Source: an uncultured virus (IMG/VR IMGVR_UViG_3300031998_000082) (lineage: Duplodnaviria; Heunggongvirae; Uroviricota; Caudoviricetes). Taken from it: DNA of 20,000 nt. Under the pieces are notes generated by a model. That model did no database searches. It was not told the DNA's origin and was given only the letters and a program-made list of their open reading frames with translations. Both the position numbers and the translations under genes were made by a program. Below, in pieces: positions 16,735-20,000 of this stretch. The DNA is taken from IMG/VR virus record IMGVR_UViG_3300031998_000082; one strand, given 5' to 3'. The number at the start of each line of letters is the position of its first letter. The first letter of the stretch is position 1.

Positions 16735-16938
16735 ATGATAGAGACAATCAAAGAGAAAAAAGTTGGAAAGAATTGTACAGTGGAGCTTACAGTTACAGAT
16801 GGTAGATATGCGGTGCGAGGATTCTATGGTGATTGCATCAATTACAACTTTGAGGTATTTAACAGCTACGAAAAAGCAGAAGCTTTTTATAACAAGCTTA
16901 ACAGCGTGAAGAAGTGCAAAGCATTTTACGGAATGTGA
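16735..16938 (+). CDS. Hypothetical protein (67 aa)
   Basis: RBS GAAAGGAG. Confidence 0.8.
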   Translation: MIETIKEKKVGKNCTVELTVTDGRYAVRGFYGDCINYNFEVFNSYEKAEAFYNKLNSVKKCKAFYGM

Positions 16939-16951
16939 GGAGGTATGAAAC

Positions 16952-17113
16952 ATGAGATGGTGCAGAGTTTGGTACGAGACTAAAGACGGTATTACACATT
17001 ACAAAGATTATATCGCATATGATGAAGATATAGCGCGGGAGCGTTTTGAAGCAAGTGAGGATAGTAAAGACTGTATAATACAGGGTTTTGAGACATGGAA
17101 AGATGAGGATTAA
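16952..17113 (+). CDS. Small acidic hypothetical protein (53 aa, MRWCRVWYETKDG...KDED), not in the ORF track
   Basis: Manual translation; RBS GAGGAGGT; fills the gap up to promoter P4. Confidence 0.8.
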   Translation: MRWCRVWYETKDGITHYKDYIAYDEDIARERFEASEDSKDCIIQGFETWKDED

Positions 17114-17120
17114 AAATTGT

Positions 17121-17198
17121 AAATTTTTTAAAAAGTGCTTGACATATCTTTAAACGTGTTGTATAATGTTATTGTCAGATGAGATGAGACACTTGAAA
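17121..17198 (+). promoter_or_regulatory. Consensus promoter P4 (repeat copy 4)
   Basis: TTGACA 17139-17144, 17-bp spacer with AAACGTGTT, TATAAT 17162-17167; leader shared with P2. Confidence 0.93.
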
Positions 17199-17209
17199 GG
17201 AGCGAGCCT

Positions 17210-17509
17210 ATGAACATCGAAAAAATCAAGAGCGCATTAGCCAAGAAGTTTAAAGACGAGCAAAGCGGTTTTACCAAGAAAGACATCATTATCGAGAAGG
17301 TCAATAACAATGAGATTTGGATAAAGATACGCGATTACGAAACAACGCCGATATCAATCAAGCAGGACAGAGATGAGTATTTTGGATATGTGCTTTTCAT
17401 TCGTGATGAGTTTACCGAGGAATATATTGAGATGTGTGAAAGCAAGATTGATTATCCGTGGGAAAACGCAGTAAAGATTGTTGGATACTACATAGCATCG
17501 AGATTCTAA
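17210..17509 (+). CDS. Hypothetical early protein (99 aa)
   Basis: RBS GAAAGGAG; first gene after P4. Confidence 0.85.
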   Translation: MNIEKIKSALAKKFKDEQSGFTKKDIIIEKVNNNEIWIKIRDYETTPISIKQDRDEYFGYVLFIRDEFTEEYIEMCESKIDYPWENAVKIVGYYIASRF

Positions 17510-17531
17510 GACATCGAAAGGAGAAAACACT

Positions 17532-17831
17532 ATGAGAGAGATTAAAAAATGGACAAAAGAAGCTGAGAGCATCAATGCGATTTTCAACGATAAGAAGTGG
17601 AGCAACAAAGGCAGTATTTACGATGCATACGGTAAGCCTTCAGCAAAGAAAGTCAGCATCTGGAAAGCGATTGAGAAAAGAGCAAAAGAGACAGCTGGCT
17701 ACAATGATGACTTACGAGTTGTCAGCAGAAACGGGTACTTATTCAGCACGATGTACAGTTTTACAGTAGATGGAACGACCTACATCGTGTACGATACAAA
17801 GAGCGATACAAAGATGACAGAGCTTGTTTGA
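17532..17831 (+). CDS. Hypothetical protein (99 aa)
   Basis: RBS GAAAGGAG. Confidence 0.85.
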   Translation: MREIKKWTKEAESINAIFNDKKWSNKGSIYDAYGKPSAKKVSIWKAIEKRAKETAGYNDDLRVVSRNGYLFSTMYSFTVDGTTYIVYDTKSDTKMTELV

Positions 17832-17846
17832 TGCGGAGGTGATTGC

Positions 17847-18413
17847 ATGATTACAGCATTAAAGAACTGGAAAGGGTCAGTAGCAGTCAACGGAGAAAGT
17901 TATGACAGCATACAAAGCGCAATTTCAGCTTTTAAGACGTTTAATGGTCCGATACATATAAAGTTATCACCGAAGAAGGAAACAGTGCTTAAAATCGATT
18001 CTGATGCATCACAGAGCATACAGAGCACCAGTCCAAAGCTTGGAGAGATTCAGATAACTGTTAAGAAGTACATGACAGAGACAGCAACCCCGCTTTTTGA
18101 CTTCATGGCTAAGTGGAACAATAATAATCCCATGCCCATGCGAATAATGACAGGTACAAAAGAGAAAGAGACGCGAGGTATGGTTTACATGAAACTTCAT
18201 GGATTAGCTAAGCCTACAATTACTTGTTGCTGTTGTGGCAAAGAGCTTACTAACCCAATATCAAGAAAGTACGGAATCGGTCCTATCTGTCTTAGCAAGA
18301 TAGGAATCAATCTTGATATAAATGATGTTGATGGCATCAGCGAAAAGCTTGTTGATGTAAAGTGGGAAGGTTGGATAATAAAGTCAGCGATTACAAAGGA
18401 GGAAGAGGTATGA
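17847..18413 (+). CDS. Zinc-finger protein with a DUF6011-like motif
   Basis: CCCCGKELTNPISRKYGIGPIC matches the CxxCGxxLTxPxSxxxGIGPxC pattern; RBS GGAGGT. Confidence 0.75.
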   Translation: MITALKNWKGSVAVNGESYDSIQSAISAFKTFNGPIHIKLSPKKETVLKIDSDASQSIQSTSPKLGEIQITVKKYMTETATPLFDFMAKWNNNNPMPMRIMTGTKEKETRGMVYMKLHGLAKPTITCCCCGKELTNPISRKYGIGPICLSKIGINLDINDVDGISEKLVDVKWEGWIIKSAITKEEEV

Positions 18414-18709
18414 TTAGTGCAGAGTTTGAGAGTAAGAGAGTTGGTGCAAAAAATTGGCTTGATAATGTAGTAAAGCACCAGAAAGCTTTACTACATTACG
18501 GAAACAAGAATTACAACGAGTTTGGAATAACGATTGCTGGATTAGAAAAGTCAATACACATTTACAACAACGGAAATAACAATCTTGAGACTTTAGCTTT
18601 TTATCTTGGCAAGACCATAACATATGAGCCTAACGTTTATGACGATATGGGACGTATGTCGTTTGAATACGATGGATTTACAGTATTTCAGCTTTGGGAG
18701 AAGTCATGA
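18410..18709 (+). CDS. Hypothetical protein (99 aa)
   Basis: ATGA overlap and RBS GGAGG; start revised to 18410. Confidence 0.8.
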   Translation: MISAEFESKRVGAKNWLDNVVKHQKALLHYGNKNYNEFGITIAGLEKSIHIYNNGNNNLETLAFYLGKTITYEPNVYDDMGRMSFEYDGFTVFQLWEKS

Positions 18710-18960
18710 TATATAAACTTGAAAAGAGAGGTAGCAGTCTGGTGATACCTACCAGACTGTACAACTTCTTGATGCAGAATAAGATACCAATCATTTATGA
18801 TTTTGAAAACAGCGGGATAAATCTTGATGAAGATATCATAGAACGCATCAGAACGCTTGGAAATGACGATTTCATATCTCAGACGATAAAATATACTACT
18901 GAGACACAAAAGACGCTTAAAACGCAAAATACGCGCTTACACAAGAGGAGGTTAATTTAA
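18706..18960 (+). CDS. Hypothetical protein (84 aa)
   Basis: ATGA overlap and RBS GGAG; start revised to 18706. Confidence 0.72.
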   Translation: MIYKLEKRGSSLVIPTRLYNFLMQNKIPIIYDFENSGINLDEDIIERIRTLGNDDFISQTIKYTTETQKTLKTQNTRLHKRRLI

Positions 18961-18961
18961 C

Positions 18962-19309
18962 ATGTTGAATATTAAAGCAGACAAAGATGGAGTAATGATT
19001 GAAGCAGAAGGAACAACCAAAGAGATGTTTGAAGCAGTAGCAACAGCAGTTGGTGGTGTTTATAAGCAGTCAATTAAGAATGCTAAAGCATCAATACCAT
19101 TTGTATCTTTACCTGTATTACAGGAGGCTATACAGAGCAGACTTATTAAGCTGTTGAGTTTTGCGCTTGCTGATGCTGACAGAGAACTTAATGAGGAGCA
19201 TGATAAAGAGAATATCAAGTCGGCAGATTTCACAAAGGATGAACCTATGAGTTTTTCAGAGTTCATGCAGAAGCTTATGGGTATGAAGGAGGACAACGAT
19301 GAAAGCTGA
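18962..19309 (+). CDS. Hypothetical protein (115 aa)
   Basis: RBS GAGGAGGT. Confidence 0.85.
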   Translation: MLNIKADKDGVMIEAEGTTKEMFEAVATAVGGVYKQSIKNAKASIPFVSLPVLQEAIQSRLIKLLSFALADADRELNEEHDKENIKSADFTKDEPMSFSEFMQKLMGMKEDNDES

Positions 19310-19541
19310 AGATATTATAACTAAGTGCAAAGCACTTGTAGCAGATTCAAAATTGTATGATGAGCTGGTACATCAGGAAGGTAACTACGAATGGGAAATG
19401 GGCAGAAGCGTTGTTGGAGCACTACTGCCCGAGAATCATAATATTTTAAGTGAGTTGTTAGAATTAGGATTTATGGGAATTCCAGTTAGAGGTAACTATG
19501 TGAATCCTGATTGTTTAAAACTATGGAGAGAGATAAAATGA
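19299..19541 (+). CDS. Hypothetical protein (80 aa)
   Basis: RBS AAGGAGG; overlaps the upstream stop. Confidence 0.8.
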   Translation: MKAEDIITKCKALVADSKLYDELVHQEGNYEWEMGRSVVGALLPENHNILSELLELGFMGIPVRGNYVNPDCLKLWREIK

Positions 19542-19696
19542 GAACACGTTTAGGACGCTGGGATAAATTAGTTATAAAAGATAAAATAGTATATAAATGT
19601 TCTGAATGTGGTAATATCGAGGATAAACCAAAGGAAAAATGCTGTATATGTCAAGCAATGATGTTGAAAACCGACGAAGCAGGTGATACAGAATGA
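19538..19696 (+). CDS. Small zinc-ribbon protein (52 aa)
   Basis: GRW...YKCSECG...CCICQAMM; ATGA overlap; start revised to 19538. Confidence 0.75.
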   Translation: MRTRLGRWDKLVIKDKIVYKCSECGNIEDKPKEKCCICQAMMLKTDEAGDTE

Positions 19697-19896
19697 CAGA
19701 CGAATCCATGAGTTATCTTGACGCATTAAAAGAGATTAAAAGGCTGAAAGAAGCATTGAATAAGATAAGGGCAGAGATAGAAGAACACGTAAAAATCAAT
19801 CAAAATTTAAACACAGATAGAGCAAGAGCATTATGTTGGTGTCTTGACGTAATTGACAAGTACAAGGCAGAAAGTGAGGTAAGGAATGAGCTTTGA
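19693..19896 (+). CDS. Hypothetical protein (67 aa)
   Basis: ATGA overlap and RBS AGGTG. LNKIRAEIE...LDVIDKYKAESE resembles small gut-phage proteins. Confidence 0.78.
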   Translation: MTDESMSYLDALKEIKRLKEALNKIRAEIEEHVKINQNLNTDRARALCWCLDVIDKYKAESEVRNEL

Positions 19897-20000
19897 TAAA
19901 GAATGGGAAGTTGAAGCAACTATAGAGATTAAAACATCATTTTTATGCGACACAAAGGAAGAAGCGGAGAAAATGGCTAATGAGTATTTAACAGAATTGT
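19886..20000 (+). CDS. Hypothetical protein, 3'-truncated (MSFDKEWEVEATIEIK...)
   Basis: RBS GAGGT; the frame is open to the window end. Confidence 0.7.
   Translation, partial: MSFDKEWEVEATIEIKTSFLCDTKEEAEKMANEYLTEL

Noticed and set aside
589..19296. Minus-strand ORFs and alternate-frame + ORFs in the track (e.g. 619-1119, 2872-3360, 15721-16005)
   Set aside because: They overlap well-supported + strand genes, lack a clear RBS and look like shadow ORFs.
1..20000. Bacterial chromosomal origin of the polA/dnaN/dnaX/holAB/recA genes
   Set aside because: These genes are dispersed in bacterial chromosomes. Here they are divergent, clustered, lack typical domains (PolA 5' nuclease, DnaX zinc module) and are interspersed with phage-type orphan genes.

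Overview
This window is a gene-dense, entirely + strand segment of a dsDNA bacteriophage or prophage genome. The host is probably a low-GC Firmicute, inferred from consensus sigma-A/70 promoters and strong GGAG(G)/GAGGT RBSs. It carries a replication/recombination module: a gp32-like SSB, a family A DNA polymerase (Leu762 type), a DnaN-like sliding clamp, a bacterial-type clamp loader (DnaX, HolB, HolA), two resolvase-like nucleases, a Cas4-like exonuclease and RecA. The most notable item lies between the polymerase and the clamp: a tandemly duplicated two-gene cassette of a small protein plus a GT-A-fold glycosyltransferase resembling the TET/JBP-associated (TAGT/GREB1-like) family, a candidate DNA hypermodification system. 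Both small proteins and the polymerase begin with the same M-[PA]-L-F tetrapeptide, a possible clamp-binding tag. Two islands of small orphan genes interrupt or follow the module. Each begins with an intrinsic terminator, and together they carry four closely related promoter cassettes. Other observations are a candidate ~100-nt sRNA after recA, a 35-bp tandem duplication that frameshifts one small gene, insertions in PolA and DnaX, near-absence of GATC, and an excess of AAGCTT. All assignments come from motif recognition by eye; no searches were run.
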